From: Cyanophora paradoxa CCMP329
Taxonomy: Eukaryota; Plantae; Glaucophyta
NCBI GenBank assembly: GCA_004431415.1
Contig: QPMI01000408.1
Coordinates: 620,001 to 684,000, forward strand
Direction: 5' to 3'
Length of the DNA stretch: 64,000 bases
The notes beneath the pieces are model-generated. The model ran no database searches and was not told the origin of the DNA. It saw only the letters and a list, made by a program, of their open reading frames with translations. The position numbers and the translations under genes are program-made. The number at the start of each line of letters is the position of its first letter. Positions within the stretch are counted from its first letter, which is position 1. Shown piece by piece: positions 1-11,944 of this stretch.

Positions 1-690
1 TCTTGAGCTGATCTGTTCGCTGCTCGCTCCTTCGGCGCCCTGATTGAGTCTGTTCTGCTTTTGTTCGCGGTTGCTCTCTGCTCGACAAGCGCGCAAGATC
101 CAGCGACCTGTTGTTCGGTTTGACGCGCCGCTGCCGGCACTCAAGCTACTGCGTCGACTTGTGCGAGTGAGCTCGAGTCAAAGAGGTTGATGTGGAAGGC
201 ACGCTGATCGGCAGAACGGCTGAGGCGGGCTGGCTGGCTGGTCGGCTGTGATTTTCTGTACCCCAACGGCCGGGTTGGTCCCGGTTGGACCCGGTTGGCC
301 CAGGTTGTCCGGTCTGCATGCATGCTAGCGCTGGTTCGGTGCACGCATGCGCGGGCCCTATTCCGGATCCTAGCCTCGGAGCTCGCCCTCTCTGGATGCC
401 CTCTGCCCGGCCTCGACGGCCTGCGCCTCAATTGCAACAAACAGGTTCTTGAGGTCTCACTGTTCCACCGCAGCTGACTTCTCATCTTCTCAGAGGAGAA
501 CCGGGGGGAGGTGGGGAGGGGGGCGGGAGAAGGGGACAGAAGCCTTGAAGAGCTGAGTCCGCCTCAAATTGTCCAACCTTAAGTGTAGTAAGGGTAAAAA
601 AGTCTTTGGGACCGCGCGGCCTCAATGGGCAGGTCACTGAGTCACGGAAAATCAAGTATACTTACACCAGCTCTGCTAACTATGACAAAC

Positions 691-1552
691 TCAGAGCTCG
701 AGGCCACTTGTCTTGAGGACGTATTCACGCATGATCTCTAAATTTGATTCCTCAAGATCCTTCTCAACGAGTCCTCTCATGTTGCTCCACTCGAAGCTCT
801 CCTTTGCATACATTTCGCGGACCTTGAGCACGCGAAGCGCCATTGATTGATCGTCGTTCATCAGCTCGCGGATGAATTGATCTCCATCTCTATAGGTAGG
901 TGCACGTGAGCTGCACTGTAACTGAACAACGAAAAACAATGCACCTCAGTGAATGTGCGGATGCGAACTTGTGCAACTTCAGAAAAGCGTCCTGGCTTCC
1001 GAGTTCCTGCTCAAGGCTTAACCGGGACAGGGAAAGCAGCAAAAAGCCATCCAGAAGACCAACCTGAAGCTGTCGAAGCACAATTCGAACCGAAAGCCAA
1101 GTAAAGAAGTGTTTGAGCTGGTCCGCGAGTTCGCGCTCGGGCGAAGCATGGCCCTCTGCGACACGAAACTGTCAATGTACAAAAAATATATGTCGCTAGC
1201 TATAGCCCCGGCCCAACCCACCTCCGCCGACGTCGATCGTCTCCGCGCGCGCGCTTTCGAAGTATCGATGCGGCTGTGAGGCGACTTCGACGTGAACGCT
1301 CGCGTCTCCGGATCCGTAGGATCGCTGCGGCCGCGAGGCGTGGCTGAACCGACGGCCGCGCCAGCCGGCCGTTGGCACAAAAGAGGAGAGGCCGCTGGAT
1401 ATAGCGCTTCTGCCGCTTCTATCGCTGCGACTTCGCCGGCGGGTCGCTGCTGCGGCTGCTGTCTGCGTCGCGCAAGCGGTCGCACGCTGCGGCAGCCTGT
1501 GGTCGTACGCGAGCTGGCACAGCGCAGTTGCCACGTACGTCGCGCTCGGCAT
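691..1552 (-). CDS. RbcX: RbcX-family Rubisco assembly chaperone (spliced, probable plastid-targeted)
   Basis: Spliced translation ..HASPERELADQLKHFFTWLSVRIVLRQLQ/ELGSQDAFLKLHKFASAHSLR/DGDQFIRELMNDDQSMALRVLKVREMYAKESFEWSNMRGLVEKDLEESNLEIMREYVLKT matches eukaryotic RbcX motifs. Ser/Arg/Ala-rich N-terminal extension from ATG 1552 (start approximate). Confidence 0.85.
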
Positions 1553-1745
1553 CGTGGCGCTGCTGCTCTTTCGCGCCTTCGCCGCAGGCTTCGCGGCAGA
1601 ACTGGGTATAACAGGCGCGAGACACGAACCGACGCAGACTCCAGGGGTACGACTGCCGATCGGCCGGCCATCAGTGCGCCATCGGCCCTGGCGCATCTCG
1701 ATCTGCGTGATGTGTGCTGATCAAGCGCAACCCGCAGCGAATCGG

Positions 1746-3541
1746 ATGGCCGCGCCGACGTTTCGAGTCCGCGGGTTGCACAATCTGGGGCAGACCTGCT
1801 ACTTCAACGCGCTCCTCCATGTACGTCAGCTGGAGCTTAATTTTGTGCACGCCGCTGTAGCTGATCAGACGGCCTCCCGGCCGTGCTATCGCGTGCAGTG
1901 TCTCGCCGCCGTTCCGGCGTTCACGGCCTTCGTACGGAGGCTTCGCGCGCGCCTGAAGTCGCAGAATACGCTAAACGCTAGCCGCGAAGTCGAGATCACG
2001 TCAGCTCTGACGCGAGTGCGTTCCGAACAAGGACGTGAAAGCGCGCGAAAGCCCTCATGCCGCTGCGCCGGCTCGTGCAGGTCCTCCTCGACCTTCAGCC
2101 CCTCGAGGATGGCGAGCGCGCCGCTGCAGTACATTCTACCAAGGCTGTCTTCCGGGCCATCGAAACTGTTGTCAGCAAAGCAGCAACGCAAACGCAGCAG
2201 GACTCGGAAGAGAGTTTCCAGCTCCTTGTTCATCTGCTAATGGAAGCAAAGTGTCTAACTTTGATGGACAGTCAGAGCCAGCATCATTCCTTTAGCGTTA
2301 TTCTCTCAGATGGTGGAGCAGCGAGCAGTATTACCAGCCGAGGCTTGCGGTTATTGGAACTTCCTTGTCCCTCGTTCCGACTTCCCTGTGAGGGGAGGAT
2401 CTGTGAGCGCATTTCCTGCCAGACCTGCGGGCATGGCCGACAGACGATTCGACCTTTCCAAGTACGTTTCTTTGTTCCAGCCTGGTGCACCTTATCAACT
2501 AGTACACCCCCGATTGATTCCAGGATCTTGTACTTCCATGCCCGCAATCAGGCAGTGCGTGCAAACCAAATCCAGCGTTTTTGCGAGTCCATTCACTCAT
2601 CCTGCTTCAATACAGCAATTGAAGGAGCCTTGCGGGAGTTCACACGAAATGGTGCTTGTCACTACAAGTATCTCTGATTGTCGTTGCTCAATATCGTTCA
2701 GAAATTGTCGAATCCACTTGCTCACGATGCTCGGGCTTTGATTCGGATCGTGAATCGGGAAGTTCTGTGTCTTCTGTCCAGCGCAAGAAGGTACTGCTGT
2801 CATGCTCGAACTTCACCATGCCCTTCTCAAATTGATCAGGTCAAGAGCATTTCGATTGCCACAGCACCAGAAATGCTCGTGTTGGCACTTCAGCGCCTTG
2901 TTTTCACAGAACAGGCAAGTCGTTCCACCGAAAGTTTGCCTTCAGACACCGAAATCAATTTTCAAACTCAGGGACTGGCAAGGCTTACAGATTTTGTGCG
3001 GTTCAAAGACACTCTGGACATCACCCCGTCCATTGGAGTCCCCTGCCAGCACTCGGGCCCGTCATCATCACCAGCTCCTCTAAAAAGCGGCTGTCTTAAA
3101 TGCCAACTTCGTCCTTCTGGATCGTCCGTACGATATCGCCTAGCAGCTGGTAATTTCTGATTATTCCTTATGCGCATGCTGGAAATTCTCGTTTTCAAAC
3201 TCGAAGTAGTGCTGGAGCACCTGGGAGGCAGCACGTCGGGTCATTACATATGCTGGCGTCGGGCTCCCACCTGCAGACTAGGACGGGTTCAACTTCCTCC
3301 TTTTCTGTGGGCTTTTCTGCTCATTCTAATTTCGCAAACAGGATGCGGATTCGGAATTACAGCCTGTCAATTTTGGCAACCAGTGGCTCTGTATATCAGG
3401 CAAGCTCGCCTCTGTCCAATGCGAATGCTCCGCCTTGCCAATCATCGCATATCAGACTCGTCCTGGAGGCAAGCATCATGGGAGGAAGTACGAGAACGAG
3501 GTAGCTCGATGTACATGTTATTCTACTCGCGGGATCGGTAG
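1746..3541 (+). CDS. Ubiquitin-specific protease (peptidase C19, USP30/UBP27-like), spliced
   Basis: Cys box GLHNLGQTCYFNALLH, QQDSEESF, LVLALQRL, His box LEHLGGSTSGHYICWRR, ISDS..YMLFY. In-frame alternative ATG at 1710. Confidence 0.85.
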
Positions 3542-4392
3542 CACAGAACCAGTCACTGAGTAGCCGCTGAGCTCCTGCCAGGCTGCTAGAAGCATTTGGA
3601 TACAATCTAAATCACAAAGTCCGGCCTGGCAGTCCAGGCTACAGTAGCTATAGCCTAGTAGTGTACATGTGGATGTATTCTGTCGCCCAGCCAGCCTGGC
3701 AGCTGCGCCGGGCCATGCTTTGCATAGCGGCCCTCTAACAGGCCCTCTAACAGGGGTGCAGCATCACGTGCATGTCTCGAGTTTAACGGTCCGACGGTCG
3801 CGTGCACAGTGCGGCCCGTGACTGCACCATAGCCACGGGGCCTCGGAGCTCAGCGGCTTGCTTGGGCATGCGCATGCATATGCATTGCAATTGGCCATGG
3901 GGCTAGCGCTGCACCTGGCCCAGTGGCCCAGCTAGCCTGAGCAGTTATGCGCTAGCGCCCCAGATCTAGAAATTCCGGCTGGCTTAAGCTTTCCAATTGC
4001 AAATTCAATGATTGGCCACAGCCTTTCTGAAGTCCGACAGTCAACGTCAGAAACAATTCAGTCAGAGGTCACCCCGGGCCCTAGGCCTTGCGCCTCTGCG
4101 CACTGCGGCATGCTAACCTGCAGCTGCGCATGCAGCTGGGGCCATCGAACGGAAAAGTGGATGCCACGGCCGGCGGTCTCATCGCCGAGTCGTCAAAGAG
4201 GCTGCGGAGGCACTCGCGATCCGCCCGGGGCACTCGCGGGGAGGCGGCGGATTGCCAGATCATGATCACCGGATCGTGATGACGGGCATAAGCACGGTCC
4301 CGGGCCTGGTGTGCACAGCGGACGGCAGCGTGACGACGGGCTACACAGATAATCCTTTCGAATGACCATGCTCTTAGGCTTGGTCTGGATGG

Positions 4393-4445
4393 TCGTAATC
4401 GTAATTCGTGGCTCCTTGATCGTAATCGTAATTCGTGGCTCCTTG
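4393..4445. repeat. 27-bp tandem duplication
   Basis: tcgtaatcgtaattcgtggctccttg twice, starting at 4393 and 4420. Confidence 0.9.
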
Positions 4446-4646
4446 GGCTTTCCATGTCTAGATCTAGCTGATCGTAACAATCAGAGCCCGAGCATCGTGA
4501 GCAAGTCGATTTCTGATTCCTGCCCCTTTTCGTCTTCGGGATTGTCTCTTCTTTCAGTATGGACGGAAAATATTATTCGAGATCCTGGCAACACATCAAC
4601 TCTAACCTCTGCACTACTAAACAGAATAAGGGCAAGGCACTCTTAA

Positions 4647-7600
4647 TTACGCTACCAACCTCGCAAGGCGCATGGTGCCAAGCAGGTTGTGCGCCGCATT
4701 CGAGTGGTCGTACACGCCACCGTTGAAGGCCTGGGTAATGTCCTTGCCGAGGTACACGTCGAGGATCTGGCAGAATGTGAGATGCGATCTAGGAGGCGTT
4801 CTAAAAAAGCGCGAAAGCGTACCGCCTTGCCGCCGGGGTGGTTCGGGACGAAATCGGTCACGTCGTGAACAAGGCCGTCGAGGATGACGAGGGCCTTCTT
4901 GGCCTCGGGGTTCTCCTTGGAGCGCGACTGGGCCTGGACCTCAGCCAGAGTCATCGTCGGGAGGGTCGCGGGGTCCGCAGCCCAGCGGACGCGGGCCTTG
5001 ATGTGGTCCAGGCGCTTCTGCTCCATCTGGATACGGCCCTTGATGACCTCGTTCTGGATCGAAGTTAACATGAGCCGCAGGGACAAGGGGCTCCCGAAGC
5101 GCGGACCTCGGGGAACTGGCGCAGGTTGTAGGTGAGGCCGAACCACGAGCAGAAGGTGATGAGCCACTTGGTCGGGTCGTACTGGTAGAACTTGATCGCG
5201 TTGCGGTAGTCGTTCGGGAACTCGTGGTGGAAGTTGTGGTAGCCCTCCCCCATGGTGAGGAGCGCGGTGAGGACCGAGTCACGCGGGGTGTGGTTGTCCG
5301 CGAAGGGCTGGGTGCCCCAGAAGTGGGCGAGCGAGTTCACAAAGAAAGTCGCGTGGTGGACGAGGACGAGACGAGCGATGCCGGCGAGCAGGAACCCCCC
5401 CTTGAAGTCGCCCCAGCCGAAGCCGGCCACGAGCGTCGGCAGGACGAACGCCATGAAAGGAGCGAACCAGTAGTAGTTGCGGTGCTGCCAGCGGACCATC
5501 GGGTCAGCGTTGAGGTCAGAAATGTCGGCCTTGCCGATCTTGGTCGGGTCCTGCTTGACGAGCATCCAGCCAAGGTGCGAGTAGAAGAAGCCGTTCTTGG
5601 CCGAGTAGGGGTCCTTGTCAGTGTCGGTGTAACGGTGGTGGGCACGGTGATCGCGCGACCACCAGCGGATCGACCCCTCGAAGGCACCAGTGCCGGCCAG
5701 CATGAGGAACAGGCGCATGGGCAGGTTCGCGTCGTACGAGCGGTGAGCGTAGAAGCGGTGGTAGCCTGGATTGCAAGGTCAGCTGCGGAGTGGCATCCAA
5801 GAATGGCCGGCGCGCTCACCAGCAGTGATGCCGAGGCCGGTGATGTAGTAGTAAATGAAGGCCCACAGGTACGTCTTCACGTTGAAGGGGCAGGTCAGAA
5901 TGCCGTACAGGCCGAGGATCGGCGTCAGGGTGAGCAGGGGGACGTGCAGCCAGTTGAGCTGCTGGTACATGCGCTGCAGGGCTCTCAGTCGCTGCGCAGC
6001 GGAACGCGGTACATCAACGACGCACGCTGCACCACTTGTCCAGAGTCTCGACGGGCTCGCTGAGAGTCTTGCCCTCACGATCATCGAAGGGAGTGTAGCA
6101 GACCTGCAAGCATCCGATAAGGAAGGCGTCCTCTCTAGTTCATAACCAAGCTACAGAGCGATGTACCTTCTCGTTGTACAGGTGGCACTTGTTGGTGACC
6201 TCCGAAATGAGCTGCCAAGTGAAGGTGCACTCGTGGAGGTGCTGGCATTGACGTGAGCAAACGATGACGGACGAAGCGGGTTCGTGCACAAACCTTGCCC
6301 CAGTTCTTGCGCAGCGAGGCATGCGCAAGGCGGAGGTTGTAGTGCGGGATCATAGTCGACACGTGGTGGGGCACGTGCCAGTTGATGTCATGGCACAGGA
6401 GCTCGACCCTGCCAAACGCTTCAGCGAGACATCTCGGTTCAAGGCAGCGCGAGAGATCACCAGCGAGGGTAGTCGCAGTGCACAGTGTAGTGCAGACGAG
6501 CGCGGGCATCGTCCCAAATGCCAACAGGCTCGAAAGGAATGTGGGGGAGCGTGTGGTGGATCATGGTGAAGGTGCTCATCTATTGCAGATAAGAAGAAGC
6601 TGTTGAAAAAAGGGAAGGAGCGGGCGCAAACCCAGAAGTGATAGCCGAGCCACGGCATAAGCCAGAACTTGATGAAGCCCTTCACTCGGAAGTCAGCGCA
6701 AGAACGAGAAGACTTGCTCGCATAGCTAGAGTGCGCACCCAGATGCCGAAGTTGTAGAGGATCGTGGGCCAGCCGATCAGCATGAACGCGTACACGGCCG
6801 CGAGACTGATCTTCACACGCGTGTGGTCCTTCGCCTCGAAGTTCTCCAGGAAGAAGTGCTCCTTGATCCTACAAGCCAAGTCATGTGGGGTCGGCTAAGG
6901 TGCAGAAGGGGGGCGGCGTTCGACGAACCAGTGGCCGACGGAAGCGAACCACCACATCGGGCCCTTAATAAGCCGCATGAAGGTCTGCATGACGGGATTC
7001 TGGTCATCAAACCACTCCGCGCGAATCGGCTGCCACGCGTTGTCGACGTCCAGCCTGCGCGGGCGTGAGATAGACCGGAGAGGCGCCGAAGGCACAATTC
7101 CGTACTTGTTCGTGTTCTTGTGGTGGAAGTCGTGCTTAATGCGCCACGGCTCATAGGGATACACGAGCGGGGACATCATGATGGTGCCCAGCACGTCATT
7201 CAGAAGGCTGCACGTGCGGCGCGGTGAGTGGGCTGATGGTCGGGCGGGGAACGGCAAAAACGAGCGTTTGAATGTGTACCTGCTCTTTGTGAAACAGCGG
7301 TGAGCGCAGTCGTGGCCGATGACGAACATCTGCGCGCGAAAATGTCGGCAACAGCAGGCGGGGAAGCGGCAGAGTCTCCGCACCCCAGTGGAGGCCGTTC
7401 CTGCGATAGCCCAGGCGATGGGAAGCATGTACCACGGAAGAACGTGGATGAGGAACATGCTGAAGCACATGGCGATGACGGTCACCATGGTCGTCTGCGC
7501 GGCCTTGACGTAGCTCTTTTCAAAGGCCTACCAAATCGTCGAAATGATCAAAATCAAGCTCGCCCAGACGAAATACGCAGGCGCGCCGCACCTCCTTCGG

Positions 7601-7774
7601 CAGAGTCTTGATGATGTCCGAGAGTTCCGTCCCCGGAGGAAGTGGCTCAGGGTGCGCGTTGGAGAAGCACTCGGCGGGGGCATAGTAAACGTGATCGGGC
7701 TTCCCCTCCTCGTGATGGTCGATCTCCGACAGGTCCGAAATGGTCGGAGCGACCGTGGACGCGTTGGGAGCCAT
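4647..7774 (-). CDS. Fatty acid desaturase fusion: DesA/FAD6-type omega-6 (delta-12) desaturase + OLE1-type delta-9 acyl-CoA desaturase + C-terminal cytochrome b5
   Basis: Delta-12 part has His boxes GHDCAH, HDFHH, WHVPHH and FAD6-like [18 protein letters not shown] and [14 protein letters not shown]. Delta-9 part has [44 protein letters not shown]. The b5 part has [36 protein letters not shown]. Joined in frame through introns 6104-6166 and 5974-6025. ATG 7774, TAA 4647-4649. Confidence 0.85.
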
Positions 7775-7892
7775 TGCTGTTACTGGGACGGTATGCTCAA
7801 GGCGAACGAGGCGCGCCCAAGGGCGGCCGAGAGAACTGCGGGTGAACCCGCGACACGCGCAAACTGCTTGCTGATTTGCAAGGACTGTACCC

Positions 7893-8145
7893 TTGACGCG
7901 TAGCGAGGGGTACGTCACTCGGGGGCAGGTTGACGTCGGACTCAGAGAAACTATGGAATTCGAATTCGAATTCGAAGTTCGCAATTCGGTCGACGTCGAA
8001 GTCGAAGCTTAAGGCGCGCGCGCGGCGCCGGCACCGCGGCGCGCGCGCGCGATGCAGGCTGATGATGCAGCTGCATGCGCGCGTATGCGCAAGGGGCTGC
8101 TGACGTCGGCGCGCGCGCGCCGCGCGCGCGCGGCGCCGCTGATCA
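7893..8145. repeat. Dispersed intergenic element, copy A (upstream of desaturase fusion)
   Basis: Core cgaggggtacgtcactcgggggcaggttgacgtcggact..gagaaact..atggaa..ttcgaa..cggcgccgctgatca is shared with 11945-12183. Confidence 0.8.
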
Positions 8146-8317
8146 AGGGGGAAGGGGACGGAGTGCAACGTGTGCCGCGCGGGCTTCTTCTGCCGCCGCA
8201 GCCGCCGGACTCTGACGGAGGCGGGCGCGACGGCGTGCAAGGGCTGCGAGGAGGCGCAGCTCTGCCCCCTGGTGCCTCTGATTCCCCGCGGCCCGTGAGA
8301 GGGGAGAGCTGCAGCTG

Positions 8318-11300
8318 ATGGCGGCGGGCGCAGGCGACGTCGCAGCCGATCGACCCCTCCTTCTTCCGCAGCCTCGTGGGGCAGGCCGCGCTGGACCTCG
8401 GCGGCCTGCGCGCCGGGTCCGCTCTGCGGCCCGCGCCTCTGCACGCGCTCTGCGGCTCACGTCTCTGCAGGAGTCGGCTGCGCGCGCTGTGGGGCGCACG
8501 CAGGGGCCTGCTCGGCGCGGCGGCGGCCGAGGTCGCGCCGCCCGCGGCGCAGGAGGAGGTGACGCTGCCGACGGAGGAGGTCGTGTACGACACGAACGCC
8601 GCCAACGTCAGCCGCGCCGTGCGCCCGGAGCCGCCGCGCGCCTCGCCGCGGCGGGCCTGAGGGCGGGGGCGCAGGCGATCCGGACGGAGCAGGCGGCGCT
8701 CCAGCGGCTCTACCGCATCGGGGGCGGCCTCGCGGGGGCCGTCGGGGGCCTCCTCCTCCTCGCCGGCCTCGCCGCCGCCTGCTACATCCGCCGCGGCCTC
8801 CCCGTCCGCCCCGTTTTCTTCTTCGGGGATCGGAGCGGCCCTCTCCGAGCCCCGCGGCAGGTCCGGCCCCGCTGGCGCCCGGCGCAGGGCACCGCCGCGG
8901 CGGACGCGGAGGCGAGGGAGGCGAGGCGGCTGGAGCGGCGGACCACGGTGCGCGCGCCTGCTGGACCCCTCTAGATCTCGGCCGAGCGCTCGCGGCCGCG
9001 AGCGCGACCCGCGCGCGGCAGCTGGCGAAGCTCGACCTGCTCTTCACGGAGGACGTCGCGGAGGCCAAGCGGCCCCTCGCCGAGCGAGTCGCGGCGCGGA
9101 GGGCGCAGCGGGCGGCGGAGGCGGAGCGGGCCGCGCCGGCGGGCGGCGGGCCTCCGGATCCGGGGCGGACGTGGCGATCGTGTCGAAGAGCGGGATGGCG
9201 GACCTCCTGCAGATCGCCCTCGACGAGCGGCCCGCGGACCCGCCCTCGCCGCGCGCCGCCGGGGAGCCGCGCGGGGTCCTTGGGCGCCGGAGGAGAGTCC
9301 GAAGTCCGTTGCGGGCGCCGTCGCGACCCTCGTCGCCATCGGCCTCGCCCTCCTCGCCGGTGCGCCCGCCGCGCCTTGCGTCCACTCGCAGCTTTCGCGC
9401 CTCTCGGGCTGACGCCTTCCCCGCGCAGCGGCCTTCGTCATACTGCAATTCGTGCGGGCGGCCCGCCTGCGGCCCCGCGCCCGCCGCTCACGCCAGGCCG
9501 CGCGCAGGCGATCGCGAACTACGAAGTGGTGCAAACTCTGCTGCCCGGCACGTCGCCCTCGGCGGGGGCGATCGCTGGCCCCGTCGAGGTCTCCGCCAGC
9601 TTCCTCGGCTGGTCCGGTGCGCCCCTCGAGCTCGCACGACCCCCGCCTGCCGCGGCTCGTTTGACGCCGCGGCCAGCGGCGCGCGCGTGCGTCGTGCGGC
9701 GGGAGGCGGCAGTGAACAGCTCGGGCTCCCTCGGGGCGGCGAACGCGACGGAGGAGGGGGCGGTCGTCACCTGGCGCAACATCGTCCCCGTCGGCGGGTC
9801 GCCCCCGCCCGCCGCCACTGCCGCCTACGACGCCTCCCAGCGCGCCTGCCTGTGCGCCCCCGCGCTCCCCCGCTGCCCGCGGCGCCTCGCTCACGGGGCG
9901 CAGGGTGACGTGGCGCTGCGAGCTGTGCCGGGTCGCGTCGACGGCGGACGCGGCGGTCGACTTCCGCCGCGTCGCCCGCCTCGCCCGCGCTTTCGCCCTC
10001 CGCTACTCTGTCAGGGTGCCTTTTTTGTTGCAGCTCCTCGAGCGGAGCCAGGCTGAGGCCGCGCAGGTCCCTGCGTACGCTGCGATCAGCGGCGCGGTGA
10101 CGACGCACGCCGGCGCGTCGGGGCGGCTGACGGTCTTCCGCGGCACGCGGCCCGTGACCGTCCCCGTCCTCCTCACGCCGCTGCACTTCGAGAACGAGGC
10201 GGACGGGCGGCCGCAGTACGACGCGGCGCTGCAGCAGGCCGACAACCGCCCCTCCGAGCTCGACGAAACCTCCTTCGTGCGCGGGGGAGGGGAGCGCGGC
10301 CTTCGCGGCGGAGGACCTGACCGGAGCCGCGCGCAGGGCCTCTGCTCGCTGACGCGGCAGCTGTCGGAGCCCGAGTGCGCTGTGGAGGCGGTCGGCTTCC
10401 GCGCCGCCCTCGGCGTCAACGACGTCTACCTCCTCGTCCGCCCCCCCGCCCGCCACACCCGCCCGGCGCGGCTGACGGGCCGCAGGTGTCGCGGGTGACG
10501 TGGGCGAGCGCGCTGGGGACGCGCTGGCGGACGTCGCGTCGCTGGCGGGCACCGCCCTCGCCCTCGGCGGTCAGCTCGTCGTCTCCTACTACGCCGCCCT
10601 CAGCGCCTACGCCGTCCGCCCGCTCCCCTCGCCTCGCCGCTCGCTGCTGACGCCGGGGGTTGCAGATGCGCCGCGAGATCCTGGAGCGGGTCGGGCGGCT
10701 GCCGGCCGCGGGGGAGGCGAGAAGCGGGCCGCACCCCTCAACGCCCTTCCGGCGACCGCGCCGCCCGCGCCGCCGCCGCAGGCGACCGCGACCAAGGCCG
10801 CGCGGTCGGGCAGCCTCGCCGCCGGCGCCGGCCTGCAGGCGGACTCCGAAGCCTCGCGCCCGGCCGCTTCGCGGACCCCCCTGCCCGCGGCCGCGCCTCC
10901 CATCCGGCGCGCGCGGGCCGCCTCAATGGTCGAGACCGGCCACCACGCGCCGCCGTCGGGGCCGGAGCCGCCGCCCGTCCGGCGCGCGCGGACGGCGTCG
11001 ATGGTCGAGATCGCCCTCGCCGCGCAGGCCGCGCTCTCGAGGCCGCCGGGGCCCCCGTCCGAGCAGCTGACGCCCCACGGCATCCGCCAGGGCCGCTCGA
11101 ACTCCCTCCCGCTCCTCTTACCCCGCGCCGCGGCCCGCGTCTCGCCCCGAGCCCGTGCCGCCTCTCGCCAGCGCCACCCCCGCGCAGTCCAGGCCGCCGT
11201 CGACCGACGCAGCCGCGGCCGCGGCGGCGGCGCAGGCGGCGGGCGGCGCCCGGGCGCTCGTGCGGCGGTAAAGCTTCCTCAGGCCGGGCTTCCCGCTCGG

Positions 11301-11602
11301 CAGCCTCGGCCTCGGCGCTGGCGCCGGCGTCAATTGCGAGCGCGCCGCAGCCGCGCTCGGGGGCCGCGCTGCCGGCGGCGGGCAGCTCGCGCCGGCACAG
11401 CGTCGTGCAGGCGGTCGTCATCGACGACCGCCGCGCCGAGCCGGACTTGGGCCGGCCGCAGCCTCCCCGCTCCCTGCCTCTCCTCTCCCCACTCTGGGCC
11501 GGCGCCGAGGGCCCCGCGCCGCCGGCCGCCGGGACGCCGGGAGAGGATGCGGAGGCTGCTCCGCCTGCCGTCCAGACTTCGACGCCCGCGAAAGGCCACT
11601 GA
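8318..11602 (+). CDS. Hypothetical multi-exon membrane protein
   Basis: Successive exon-like frames bounded by gt..cag with hydrophobic segments (GGGLAGAVGGLLLLAGLAAACYI; VAGAVATLVAIGLALLA; ALADVASLAGTALALGGQLVVSYYAAL) and a Pro-rich tail. No recognised family; boundaries uncertain. Confidence 0.5.
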
Positions 11603-11944
11603 CACTCCCGAATCCACACCAGATTATAATTAAGCTCCCCTTAAAGCTTGCATCATAAGCTAGCATGACAATCTCCCCCACTCTAGTTTAATTCTTTTCT
11701 TTAGATATCTAAGATTTAAGATATCTTAAGCTTTGATTTTAGATCTTCTGCTGATTCATTTGCTTGTTGTAGTCTGCTCCAGCTTGAATTGTCCCCTAGA
11801 GGCCTCAGCTACGTCCAGCTATCGCCAGCTATTCACAGTCTAGCTCTAATCTTCTTCTAGATCTGCCGCTTCGAGATTAACAAGAGATCCCTGCGGAGCA
11901 GGAGTGACCTTGGGGGCATGGGGGAAGGGGGCTTAAGCTTGCAA

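Noticed and set aside
1-640. Possible gene or retroelement end (ccggttgg repeats, purine tract 491-540)
   Set aside because: No recognisable protein motif or paired LTR within the window; left unassigned.
3866-3900. Cloning-vector polylinker contamination
   Set aside because: The sites overlap rather than abut, and the texture recurs with different sequence in many intergenic gaps.
7955-7990. gaattcgaattcgaa run as a heat-shock element
   Set aside because: Spacing does not fit nGAAnnTTCn.
8009-8605. ORF listed as MAAFVSY.., resembling a glaucophyte transit peptide start
   Set aside because: It begins at TTG, not ATG, and is the antisense shadow of the + strand gene.
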